Under the pieces are notes generated by a model, which saw only the letters and a list, made by a program, of their open reading frames with translations, ran no database searches and was not told the DNA's origin. DNA of 58,620 nucleotides, filler included, from Dugesia japonica (taxonomy: Eukaryota): the NCBI GenBank assembly GCA_001938525.1. It is 5 parts of 5 records of this genome, joined end to end, with 100 filler letters (N's around TTAATTAATTAA, not from the genome) between each part and the next. Parts side by side here need not be neighbours in the genome. Positions count along the whole stretch, not along the records: positions 1 to 14,639 come from MQRL01610105.1; 4 more parts are not named here. One strand, 5' to 3'. The position numbers and the translations under genes are program-made. Of the stretch, positions 1 to 10,594 are shown piece after piece. The stretch's first letter is position 1; each line of letters begins with the position of its first letter.

Positions 1-175
1 AATATCTTAAAAAATATCAAGACTGCCCATATCTTGTAATAATATCCTAAAAATATCAAGACTGCCCATATCTTCTAATAATATCCTAAAAATATCAAGA
101 CTGCCCATACAATGCATAAATATAGAGACTGCCCATACCATGCATAAATATAGAGACTGCCCATACCATGCATAA
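1..175. repeat. Minisatellite: 39-bp then 30-bp units around an AGACTGCCCATA core
   Basis: AATATCCTAAAAATATCAAGACTGCCCATATCTT occurs about 3 times, followed by ATGCATAAATATAGAGACTGCCCATAC units. The array runs into an N gap. Confidence 0.9.
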
Positions 176-282
176 NNNNNNNNNNNNNNNNNNNNNNNNN
201 NNNNNNNNNNNNNNNNNNNNNNNNNNNNNNTAAATTTAATTATATTAAAAAGATTTCCCCCGATTGAAATGAAAAACTTTAA

Positions 283-1359
283 ATTTCCAACCAAAATATT
301 ACTTTTAAATTTCCCGCCAGAAGATTTTTTGTGAATTTCCCGCCAAAAAGATGTTTTTTTGAATTTCCCGCAAAACGTTTTTGGAATTTCCCACCAAAAA
401 ATAACAAGACTCCCCTCTTCCCCGTTCCAAAAATATGAAAATCCACCATTCCCAGTGAAAAAATATTCAAAAATACATCATTTTTTACAAAAATGACATT
501 ACTTTCATCTAATTCATCAATTTAAGTAATATACATCATTTTTACTTAAAATAAAGATTTCAAACCCTTATGACGTCACACATACCCGTCAGAAAAATTT
601 CAAATAAATATCCAAAATTCCAATAATTAATTGTCTTTCCACACATACCAGTCTGCCCCGCCCAAAAAATTTTTTAAAACTTTTATACTACTTACAAANN
701 NNNNNNNNNNNNNNNNNNNNNNATAAAATAAAAAATCAAAGCACATTCGACATACAAAATCTTCTCCATCACAATACCTCTCAAACAAACTATCAAACAA
801 CAAATTCCAACAAACACATACAAACCTACAGCCTTCCTAAAAATCGACCCACGATAACTCATACGAGTGGGCTAATGCGCCACCATAGTTGTAAGACAAA
901 CCATCCATCCAATCTCATAAGTCTTTTAGACAATATATAGACTAAAGTTTTGTCCAACATCAACCAAATCATAAAAACTTTAAAAAACTTATTTCCAAGA
1001 TCTCCAGCTCCTCCTTCTCATTTTCCCAACTCTTTCACACACACACACACACAAAAACTCAACTTGACCTACTTTTTAAAAACCACCTTAACAACGAAAC
1101 ACACACAAATTTTAAAATTTAAAAATACTCTTACAAACAAACAGCCAGGATCAAAAAAACTGATCCGATCAAAAAAAATTTTGATCCGATCAAAAATTTT
1201 TTGATCCCAAAAATCTTGGAAAAAAAAACCAACCCAAAAAACATAGCCCAGCGTAACGTGTTTCCAAGCCCCCCCCACCCCCCGGTCCCTTCGATAACAG
1301 CAAAATATGAAAGTGGGCTGAGAATCAGGCTGGGGCTAATGCGCCACTATCCCCCTACT
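283..1359 (-). mobile_element. ~1.1-kb Polinton-type terminal region, copy 1 (end at 1359, element extends leftwards)
   Basis: Its reverse complement aligns block by block with 7813-8750, e.g. TATGACGTCA, CCCACGATAACTCATA, CAATATATAGAC, TTGACCTACTTTTTAAAA and TGATCCGATCAAAAA. The minus strand starts AGTAG GGGG ATAGTGGC. AG-starting termini are typical of Polintons. Confidence 0.65.
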
Positions 1360-2224
1360 CATATTTCCTTGCAATTTTAATCAATTCTTTATTAAATTTA
1401 TTCTCTTCAGTAATTGGTAGTCTTTTATGGATGATNNNNNNNNNNNNNNNNNNNNNNNNNNNGAAGAAATCCTTGTATGTCTGTTCAGGTAAAGCTACCA
1501 ATTTATTTGTTTTGTCTGTTTGACTGATGATGATTGATTTTTAATTCTTTATTTCTTTAATAATTTAGTTTTCATTACTTTAGTTAGAAAAATATTAGTA
1601 TACCCTATTGTACGCAATTGAACATGATTCCTTATCCTTAACCTTATGATTATCCAGATTTAACTCTTTTACTTAAAGATTTATTATCATATTTAAAGGC
1701 CATCATTACTAATTATTATCACTGGTTCGAGTTGATTTTCATTACGATTCTTGGTTAAAAGGCACTTCATGAGGAAGTGGTGTTTTTTACTGCTTACCAG
1801 AAAAGGTGAAGTTATTTTAGTTCAAAAATCATTATTTTAATTTATCATGAACGAAAAACAATAGTAATCTAACTGGGGATTACTATTATGAAAGACTTTA
1901 ATTTATTATTTTACTTACCACCCAATTACCGAATGCTGATATGATTTTAGCATTATTTAATAGCAAAAATTCCCTTTATCAATAATCATTTTGTGAGCTT
2001 AATACAGCTATTGGTATCAACAAAATAAGAGATTTGAAAAGAAATAGACTGGATGACACATTAAACTACTAAAATATTAAGGAATGAATACCATATCGTT
2101 TTTAACAAATATATTTTAATTCGTATTTATAATTTCTCAATTGCCGTATTTTTCACGAGTCCCTGATTTTTCGATTAATAATATATATATATATATATAT
2201 ACATTAAATTACAAATTACATCAA

Positions 2225-3258
2225 TCGAACAAAAACTAACGTGGACTGCATCTCGATCTGGAGCAAACACTTAGGAATCCTCACGACGAACCGATAAAAA
2301 TTCTTCGATTATCTTCCGTAGATTCTTCTGAATCGGAAACTGTTGCATAGATTTATTAACGAGAGACTACATTTAGTTAATTTTCTAGCTCGAATTTAAA
2401 TTTCGCTTCAAAATTTTTGATTGTCTTCTGAAATTGAATCGCTACTTGTACCAGTTTTTCCTTACACCACCATTCTTTCTATTGGTTAATATGCATCGTA
2501 TGATTTTTCTAACGCTCTTATTGGCTAGATTGTCATCTGATTTCTTCTTATTGGTCAAAATTTTGGAATTCCAAACTTGCTGGAATCCAATTGGTTAACC
2601 TTAAAACCTTTGTAACTTCTTTCTTGGTCTTGCAACGATTATCTAACTTAAAATTTCGAAATCTGTAATTTTTTCATGACTAGAATTTTCTTAAACACTA
2701 ATTTTGTTCTTACTGGGAAGTCCTCGTTTTGTCATATTTTCATAAATTTAATTTTATTTTTATAATGAATCATTTTAATTCGTCTGATTCATTTTATTTA
2801 AAAAATTTATTATTTATTTTTCCTTTCTTCTTAATTTATTGATTACAATTTTTCATTTCTAAGTAGAAATTTAATCTTATTTTAATTTTCTTCAACAATT
2901 AATTTGTTTCATTTTTCTTGTTAATTATTAATTTCATTCTATTTTCTTTCCTTCATTTATTAAATGACTTTCTTTCGTTATTAATGGCCCTTTCTTTGTT
3001 TTCTTAGTCTGTTTACATTTTTATCATTTCCTTTCTACTTTGGTTTTATAATTTTCTTGTTGTGATAGCGGATTTTGCTGGTCGTTTCATATGTTTTAAT
3101 ATCTTAATCTCTGCTTTTCTTTCATGATATCTTTCATTGTCTGGTCTTTGACCTTCTATTTCCTGTTTTCTTAATTTCCCTTTCTTATATCTTCTTTTCC
3201 GATTTCTCCCTCACCCAACGCTATTATTTTTTCTTATACCAGGTGTTTCACCTAAACA
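2225..3258 (-). mobile_element. LTR-like dispersed repeat, copy A
   Basis: Homologous to 46065-47271: both share AACTAACG...CGATCTGGAGCAA, TACACC...TCTATTGGT and the terminal GGTGTTTCACCYMAACA. The minus strand begins TGTT. Four CCAAT boxes lie at about 2480-2595. Confidence 0.6.
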
Positions 3259-3354
3259 ATTTGATAAATTGAAATAATTATTTGATTATTTAAAATAATT
3301 ATTTGATTAATTAAAATAATTAAATAAAATCTTCAAATAACCAAAAATAATATT

Positions 3355-3672
3355 AATAGTTAGATGTGAGAGCACTAGACCAAGTCCCCTCCCACACACA
3401 CAGCAACACCATAAAATTCGCACCCAAATATACACCTACACTTTCCACACACAATATCACACAACCCCAATACCCACAAAAAACATTCAAACAAAATTAA
3501 AACAAAATTTAATATTCCCGCAAAAATTTAAATAACAATAAAAAAAATCCAAATTTGATCCGATCAAAAATCAATAAATTCACGATAACCAGTACACCAA
3601 ATCGTAGACCAGGACCAGGTTATCAGTTTTCGCTAGGGGTGACTTTGTCCAGTGCGCTCACATCTGACTACT
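3355..3672. mobile_element. 318-bp MITE with ~37-bp imperfect TIRs starting A(G/A)TAG and a 6-bp TSD
   Basis: The left end reads AATAGTTAGATGTGAGAGCACTAGACCAAGTC and the right end (reverse complement) reads AGTAGTCAGATGTGAGCGCACTGGACAAAGTC. AATATT flanks both sides (3349-3354, 3673-3678). The internal TTTGATCCGATCAAAAA is shared with 283-1359. Confidence 0.8.
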
Positions 3673-3908
3673 AATATTCATTTCAATAAATCAATTTGTC
3701 GTCAAATTTATAAATTAATACTCAAACAAATTAAATTTATTTGTGATAATCTCAATCAACTTTTTATATTGATTGTATAAAAAATATGGAACAGTGAGTT
3801 CTGATAAATCAGAAGAACAATAACTTATATTAATATTGAGCAATATTGATTGAATAAAATCAGATAACAATGTAAATTATACACAAATAAATTAAATATT
3901 CTAATAAA

Positions 3909-4886
3909 TTAATTTTTTTTTAAATAATCAATAAATAGTTCTGATTTGATTAATTGTTCTGCACTCGGTCTCTCATCTGGATTCGTATTCAAACAAGAAT
4001 TGATAAATCGATTCAATTTATTTGAAATGGGAAAATTCGTTTCAAGTTCGTATTTTGTACTAAATGGAATATGCGAAATTAGCTGATTTTCATGATGAAA
4101 TTGATTTTCACCTATATAATTAATAATTAAATAATAAAGAATATTTAAAAACTATTTAACCTGCTACCATCTCAACCATCACTTTACCAAATGACAAAAT
4201 ATCGATATTCTCTGAATATCTCCTTTGTTCTACTTTGATCAATTCTGGTGCCATGTAACCAATTGGTTCAGGTTTGTACTCTTGGTTTACTTGTACACTC
4301 GTCAATACAGTTTTATATTTTGATTTTCCGAAATCAATTAATTTTGCATGATTGAGTTCATCGATAACAATATTATCAGCTAGACAACACAAATAATAAA
4401 ATATTGTGCAGAGTAAAATCAAACATTTTATATCTCGATGAATAATTCCTAATTTATGCAATTCATTTATTTGTGTCAAGATTTCATATGAAATTTTCAC
4501 TATTTCTTGTTCCGATAAATATTTCACTTTGTCCAAATAAGATCTGAGAGATTCCTGAATAATGTCAAATACAAATATTATCAACATAATTTCAATAGTA
4601 AAATAAAATCAACTCCAGACAAATATTCCATGCCAATGCAAATGTTTTCTCCATCTCTGAATAATCCAGAATAATTCATGATATTTCTTGATGAATTGAG
4701 TTTGGAATAAATATTTATATCTCGATAGAGATCTTCATCAATTCTGATTTGTTTTTTCAAAGGAATTTGCTTGTTGGATTTTTTATCTCGACAAACATAA
4801 ATTCTAGCAAATCCTCCTCGACCGAGAGATCTCAATATCTCGATATCATCGATGCTGAATGTATAAATTGTATTTGCCAATCACAT
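3909..4886 (-). CDS. Ser/Thr protein kinase, 4 exons (possibly pseudogenised: ATG is followed directly by TGA)
   Basis: The motifs GRGGFA, PLK, MEYL, HRDIK, DFG, YMAPE and NPDERPSAEQL join in frame after removing GT-AG introns at 4555-4613, 4380-4424 and 4112-4160. The stop is at 3909. Confidence 0.9.
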
Positions 4887-5182
4887 TTATCTGATTGGTT
4901 AATTAATTTAACAATTTGAAATGATTACAAATAATATTTTATGTTGAGAGAACATTTTTATTTATTTTATCTTTCACATCAAACATTTTCATTCTATTCT
5001 TTTCAAACTAACAAAATTTGTTCATTTTTTCAAAATAATTCTTTTAAAATCATAGAAAAATTGTTGAAGACAAACAAAAAGTTCAAGAAACAAATGGACA
5101 ATTTAATTTGAATATTCTCATTGAAATTTATTAAATTAAAACAAATAAATCAATACGAATATCACAATGCAACATAACAAAC

Positions 5183-5945
5183 TCACCTCTTCACAATTTC
5201 TATGATAAAATCATCTTCAAATTTGTCTTCATCATTTAGTTTGTGATCTCCTCCTGGCTTGATGCAATACAAATGTTTCATGTCCACTTTGAGTCTTGTA
5301 GAAATTGATTGTTTTGCTTTGATTATTGTTTCTGGTTTGTAAGGGATAAAATTTTTTATATATTTTCCATTCATTTGTATTTTAATTGTAAATTTATTGA
5401 TTGTACTGAATAAATATATTCAATAATTCATAAATTTATCCAATCAAATATCACCATTTATCAATCCTCTTATTCAAATCAGAATCACTGAAAGATCTCA
5501 ATAAATGTTGATTCAACCATCTTAATGAAAATATTCATCATTGAAATATCTCACAATCATCATTGCATCTCACAATTTCAGCCAATATCGCCAATCATTG
5601 CTGGAATCAATCAAATATTTCACAAAATAATCCAAAGCATCGATTCTATCAANNNNNNNNNNNNNNNNNNNNNNNNNNNNNNNNNNNNNNNNNNNNNNNN
5701 NNNNNNNNNATTTATTTGTTTTATTGTTGATTTGTTGTCTAATAATAGAAAAATCCCACAATGCAGCACGTCTGAATAACACAAATCAATTAATAATATA
5801 AATATTTTTCAATTAAATAATATTTTTATTTAATCGATAAATGGAATAATCAATATCAAATGAGGGAGGACAATCATGGCTGCAAATATCATTTGATAAA
5901 TTATTATATTTTGCAATGATATTTATGATCAATCCTGTCAACATG
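5183..5945 (-). CDS. Multi-exon gene (5' part unresolved or decayed) ending in a ubiquitin-like domain
   Basis: Exons ...WRYWLKL | WLNQHLLRSF...IDKC | TINKFTIKIQMNGK...ETIIKAKQSISTRLKV...KLNDEDK join in frame through ~50-nt GT-AG introns. The last exon has a beta-grasp-like pattern. An N gap lies inside the gene. Confidence 0.45.
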
Positions 5946-6480
5946 TTTGTATGTGGTCAATATTGATCTGGATTGATCACAAATATGCATGTTCCAATGA
6001 TTTGTGCCACCACAATGTCATCCATCATTCATTCAATCAAACTTGCATCGCAAATTGAAAATATTGATAAAATATCCTCACAACACTAAATGATCAATCA
6101 ATAACAAATCAATTGTGTCACACAAATATCAATCTCACTCATTCTCATATAGATTCATCACAAATCTCAAATAATCATTACAAATATCTATAATGCGATA
6201 AGTCATTTCAAAAGAAAATAAATTTATCGAATTGAGAAATGAGGAGGGGAAATCTGACAAATTTTTATTCAATTTGTTATCAATTGTATCATTTGATGAG
6301 ATAATTTGCCTGCAATAAATTATAATTGATTAATTGTGAAATATTTCCATCAATCAATCACTTGATTTGATCAATTAAAATTGCTAATTTTTTTTTTGTT
6401 GATTTATTTTTGTTATTATCACGAATTTGATCAATACTAAATGCAAAATAATCAATCAATAATCACAATGCAATCAATGC

Positions 6481-7137
6481 TCACAGCAAGTATCCATCAA
6501 CCCAATTTTTGTTATGCCTATAGCAGCATTTATCAAATGTATTATCGATCTTGTTTCCTTCTTCATCATCACATCTATTCACAAATCCAATTAATAAATT
6601 ATACAATATTCAAATTCACCTAATAATCAATTTATAATTTTGATTTGTATCAATCTCAGTGACAATTTGATCATTTCTCATTTGTTTGCCATCTGTATTC
6701 CAAATATTGATTATTTCAGAATAAAATATTTTTATTATTGTTGTGATTGTTGAAATTGTATCATTCATTTTCGTAATCAAATGTTCACTATCATAAATGC
6801 CTCCCCAAATGAACACATCAACAATGAGATCATCTCTACAATAAGTGAAATCAATCAAAAATATTTCATTTACATCGATTTTTTACTTTCTCAAATAATT
6901 CTCAATTTTACCAAACCAAATTTCATCATTTTCACATATTTTGTAATGTTTTATTGAGTTATCATCAAATAAAATAATATTTTTATGAATTAATGTAAAA
7001 TAATCTTTTGCAAAATTTCCATTTCCATGGAGAATCTCATCTAATTTATATTTTATATCTTCCACCATCAAACATTCATTAATATGAATTCCTATTTTTT
7101 CATCATTATTTTCTCCATTTATAATAAATAATTTCAT
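6481..7137 (-). CDS. Tandem ubiquitin-like domain protein, 3 exons
   Basis: Exon 1 (MKLFII...VEDIKYKL...LIHKNIILFDDNSIKHYKICENDEI) is a Ubl pattern. An intron (gtaaaaaatc...ttgtag) joins it in frame to a second Ubl-like segment (NDTISTI...DGKQMRND). A short third exon ends at TGA 6481. Confidence 0.6.
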
Positions 7138-7425
7138 TTATCAATATTAAATAATCTGAAAGAAACAATCACATTTGTATATTGATAAAATATTAATTAA
7201 ATTTTGTTAAAATTTTTAATAATACTTCTATTGTTAAAACAATTTTGATATAAATAGATATAAAATATTCATTATAACAAAATGAAATATTTTAATTTTT
7301 TAATTACAATTTAATGAAAACTTATTTAACTACACTTATTTTTATAATTGCTAATATTTTAACATAAATTAAATCATATTAACTTATATATATGATTGTG
7401 TGTGTGATCTTTAATATATTTTGTT

Positions 7426-7656
7426 AGTAGTTTTAAAATGGGCTGAATCGGCCCCATGCTATTTTTTTCATTTTTTCGCCGTACCCAAAATTGTCACTTT
7501 TACGGGTTTTCTGTTCCATAGGAGTAAAAAAATATGAAACGTGTTAAAATTAGGAAATTTAAAAATAAAAATAAAAATTATGAAAAATAACATTTAGAAA
7601 CGGCTCAAAAATGATAAAAACAGTACAAGGCCGATTCAGCCCATTTTAAAACTACT
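7426..7656. mobile_element. 231-bp cassette bounded by perfect 28-bp inverted repeats starting AGTAG
   Basis: AGTAGTTTTAAAATGGGCTGAATCGGCC lies at 7426 and its exact reverse complement at 7629-7656. There is no TSD. Confidence 0.8.
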
Positions 7657-7812
7657 TTACTTTTATAAATTTACATTATTTTTAATAAATAAGATAAATA
7701 ATAATAAAAAGTTATTTAAATAATAAAAAAAGACATGCCAGCGCTACGAAGAAATAATAATTTCAATTTACATCCAATTATAAGGAGAAATAGGATAAAT
7801 AGATCGCCCCCT

Positions 7813-8750
7813 AGTCGATAGATAGTGGCACACGGGCACAATTTTTTTGGGCACAATTTTCTAAATCTCGGAAACACATTACGCTTGAGCTGCGTTTTTT
7901 TAGACATGATTTTTGTGCTCGTATCAAAAATTTTTTGATCGGATCCAATTTTTTTTTGATCGTATCAGTTTGTTTTATCCTGAAAGTGTATGTGTGTATT
8001 TTTAAATTTTAAATTTTGTGTGTGTTTGGGTTGCAAAGGTGGTTTTTAAAAAGTAGGTCAAGTTGAATTTGTGTGTGTGGTTGTGTGTGTGTAATACTGG
8101 AAAAAACGAGGAGAAGGAGCTAGAGATCTTGGAGATCATTTTTTTGTGTTTTTGAAGATTTGTTAGTGGTTGGACAAAAATTTGGTCTATATATTGTCTA
8201 AAGGACTTATAAGTTTGGATGGATGGTTGTCGTTACAAGGGTAGTGGCACACGGGCACAGTCATATGAGTTATCGTGGGTAGATTTTATGGAGGCTGTAG
8301 GTTAGTATGTGGTTGATGGTTTGATGGAGAATTAATGTAATTGGGAAGATGTTGGTTGTCGAATGTGCTTTGATTTTTTATTTTAAGAGCTTGAATTTGA
8401 TTGGTTTATTTTGTAAGTATTATAAAAGTGTTAAAAAAAATTTCGTGAGGTGGAGGTTGGTATGTGTAGTGAGAATTAATTATCGGATTTTATAAAATTT
8501 ATTTGAAATTTTTCTGTCGGGTGGTTATGACGTCATAATTTTTTGAAATCTTTATTTTGGTTAAAAATGCTGTATTTTGCTTATATTGATGAATTTAATG
8601 AAAGTAATGTTATTTTAATATATTTGGTTATTTTTTCAGTATTTTGAACAGGGGAGTGTTGTTTTTTAATATTTTCGAACGGGGAAGAGGGGAGTCTTGA
8701 AAACTGTTTTGGCGGAAAATTCAATAAAATATTTTGGTTGGAAAATTTCC
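7813..8750 (+). mobile_element. Polinton-type terminal region, copy 2
   Basis: Starts AGTCG ATAG ATAGTGGCACACGGGCAC and is the inverted homolog of 283-1359. The homology stops where the next AGTAG cassette begins (8752). Confidence 0.65.
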
Positions 8751-8751
8751 A

Positions 8752-8975
8752 AGTAGTTGTTAAATGGGTAGGATGACACCTATAGCATTTTTTTGGATTT
8801 TTTCACCATGTCCAAAATGGTTGTTTTGGTGGGTTTTTCCATTTAATGAAGGAAAACCCAAAATTTGAATCAATTAGTTAAATTTATTAAATTAAATAAA
8901 TGGAACCATGCAAAAAACGGCGAAAACATCCAAAAAAAACTCCACAAGTGCCATCCTACCCAATGAACAACTACT
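8752..8975. mobile_element. 224-bp cassette bounded by imperfect 28-bp inverted repeats starting AGTAG; probable left end of the capsid-encoding Polinton
   Basis: The left end reads AGTAGTTGTTAAATGGGTAGGATGACAC and the right end (reverse complement) reads AGTAGTTGTTCATTGGGTAGGATGGCAC. The ~65 bp downstream match the ~65 bp after 7656. Confidence 0.7.
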
Positions 8976-9299
8976 ACACTTTAAAAAATTTGCATTATTT
9001 TCAAAAAATAAGATAAATAATAATAAAAAGTGATTTAAAATGATAATTTAAATAAAGAGAATAATACATTATACTATATTTAGAGTCTCCCATGAGGGAC
9101 TTTATTTTTAATAACTATGTACAATTCAATTAAATTTTCGTTTACCACTTATATATTTTAAATAATTAATGAAAATAAAAATGTGTTACTATATTTAGAG
9201 TCTCCCGCGAGTGACTCTATTTTTAGTAATCATATAATTTTTTAATCAATTTAATTGGTTAATGAGTTTTCAAATAAATATTATAATAAGCTTAAGAAA

Positions 9300-10571
9300 A
9301 TGGCTACATCTGAGTAAAAATCCAAGCTTAATTTGAATTATAATAAAGAATTTAAACATGATATTAAGAAAAGCGATATATTAAAAATTTCTCCAACATC
9401 TAGTTCTATTTCGAATTTAGATAAAGACATGGTTTTCCAATCTTTACAATCTTCAAGTCCTTTAGATATTTGCAACGCACGAATATATTATAAAATTGAA
9501 ATAACTCTTAATACAGATAAAGATGATATAACTTTAGAAAATAATTTCTTTCCTAATTTATTTAGTAATATAAGATTGAAAATATTTTCAACATAAGTAG
9601 AATCTGTTTTAAATCTAGGAGTATATTCATCGATGATAAACTTTATTTTAACTGATTCTGATTATAAAAAAGAATAAGGAAAAATGACTTTATGGATTCC
9701 AGATAACAGTGCTGGAACAAATGATGTTACAGGAGAGGATATTAATACTGGTTATTATAAAAGAAAATTATTATATAATACCACAGAGAAATTTGAAGGA
9801 TATTTTGATTTAAAATATTTANTCGGATTTCTACAGAATTATGATAGAGTTATACATAATGTATGTATCAAATTAATATGCAACAGACAAGTAAAAAACA
9901 AATTTCTATTTTATGGAGCAGACAAATTAACAGCAAAATTAAAGTTAACAACGATAGAATTACATAAACCTGAGTGGACGCTTAATCCAAGATCAGAAGT
10001 AAGACTATTAGAGAGATTAAATACAAATAAATCTATATATGCAAATTATTTAAATATAATTTGTTCTGTTATATATATGGGTGAAGGATCAACATATTCT
10101 TTTAAATTAGCAAATTTAGCTTATAGGCCAAGATATATTTTAATTGGTTTTAAAAATACGGATATTTCTTTTCAAAAGAATAATAATTTATTTATAGTTA
10201 CAGATGGAACCAGTAGTTTAAAATCGATACAAATACAGTTAAATAATACATATTATCCAGTCAACAGAATGGTGTTTAATGTAGCAAATAACGAAATGTT
10301 ATTTCTTTTTAGTTCATATGTAAATTGCTGAAAAGAATTTAAAGTCAAACCACAACTTAGTTTACAAGATTTCAATAAATTATATCCACTATTTTGTATT
10401 GATACGTCAGCACAAGACGATAAATTGGCGATTAATAATGTTGATGTAACTTTACATTGTACAAAAGATACAGGTTTCAAAGCTAAATTATATTGTTTAA
10501 TTCTTGAAGAAAAGAAAATTGAAATGAGATTAAGTGGAGGAAAAATAGGTATAATAGAAAATGTTAGATGA
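9300..10571 (+). pseudogene. Polinton/adintovirus double jelly-roll major capsid protein
   Basis: Motifs include LENNFFPNLFSNIRL, LWIPD...NTGYYKRK, GFLQNYDRV, RPRYILIGF, QIQLNNTYYP and YPLFCIDTSAQDDKL..NVDVTL. There are several premature stops (9596, ~9677, 10331). Confidence 0.8.
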
Positions 10572-10594
10572 AATGCCTAATTTTTATAAAATGA

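Noticed and set aside
1-175. CRISPR-like regularly spaced repeats (also 14775-14935 and 30670-30990)
   Set aside because: There are no unique spacers and no cas genes, and the context is eukaryotic. These are ordinary minisatellites.
283-8750. Reading the two inverted ~1-kb repeats as the TIRs of one element enclosing the kinase/Ubl cluster
   Set aside because: The AGTAG termini (1359 and 7813) face the cluster and the elements run outwards. The copies are clearly diverged and carry different terminal motifs.
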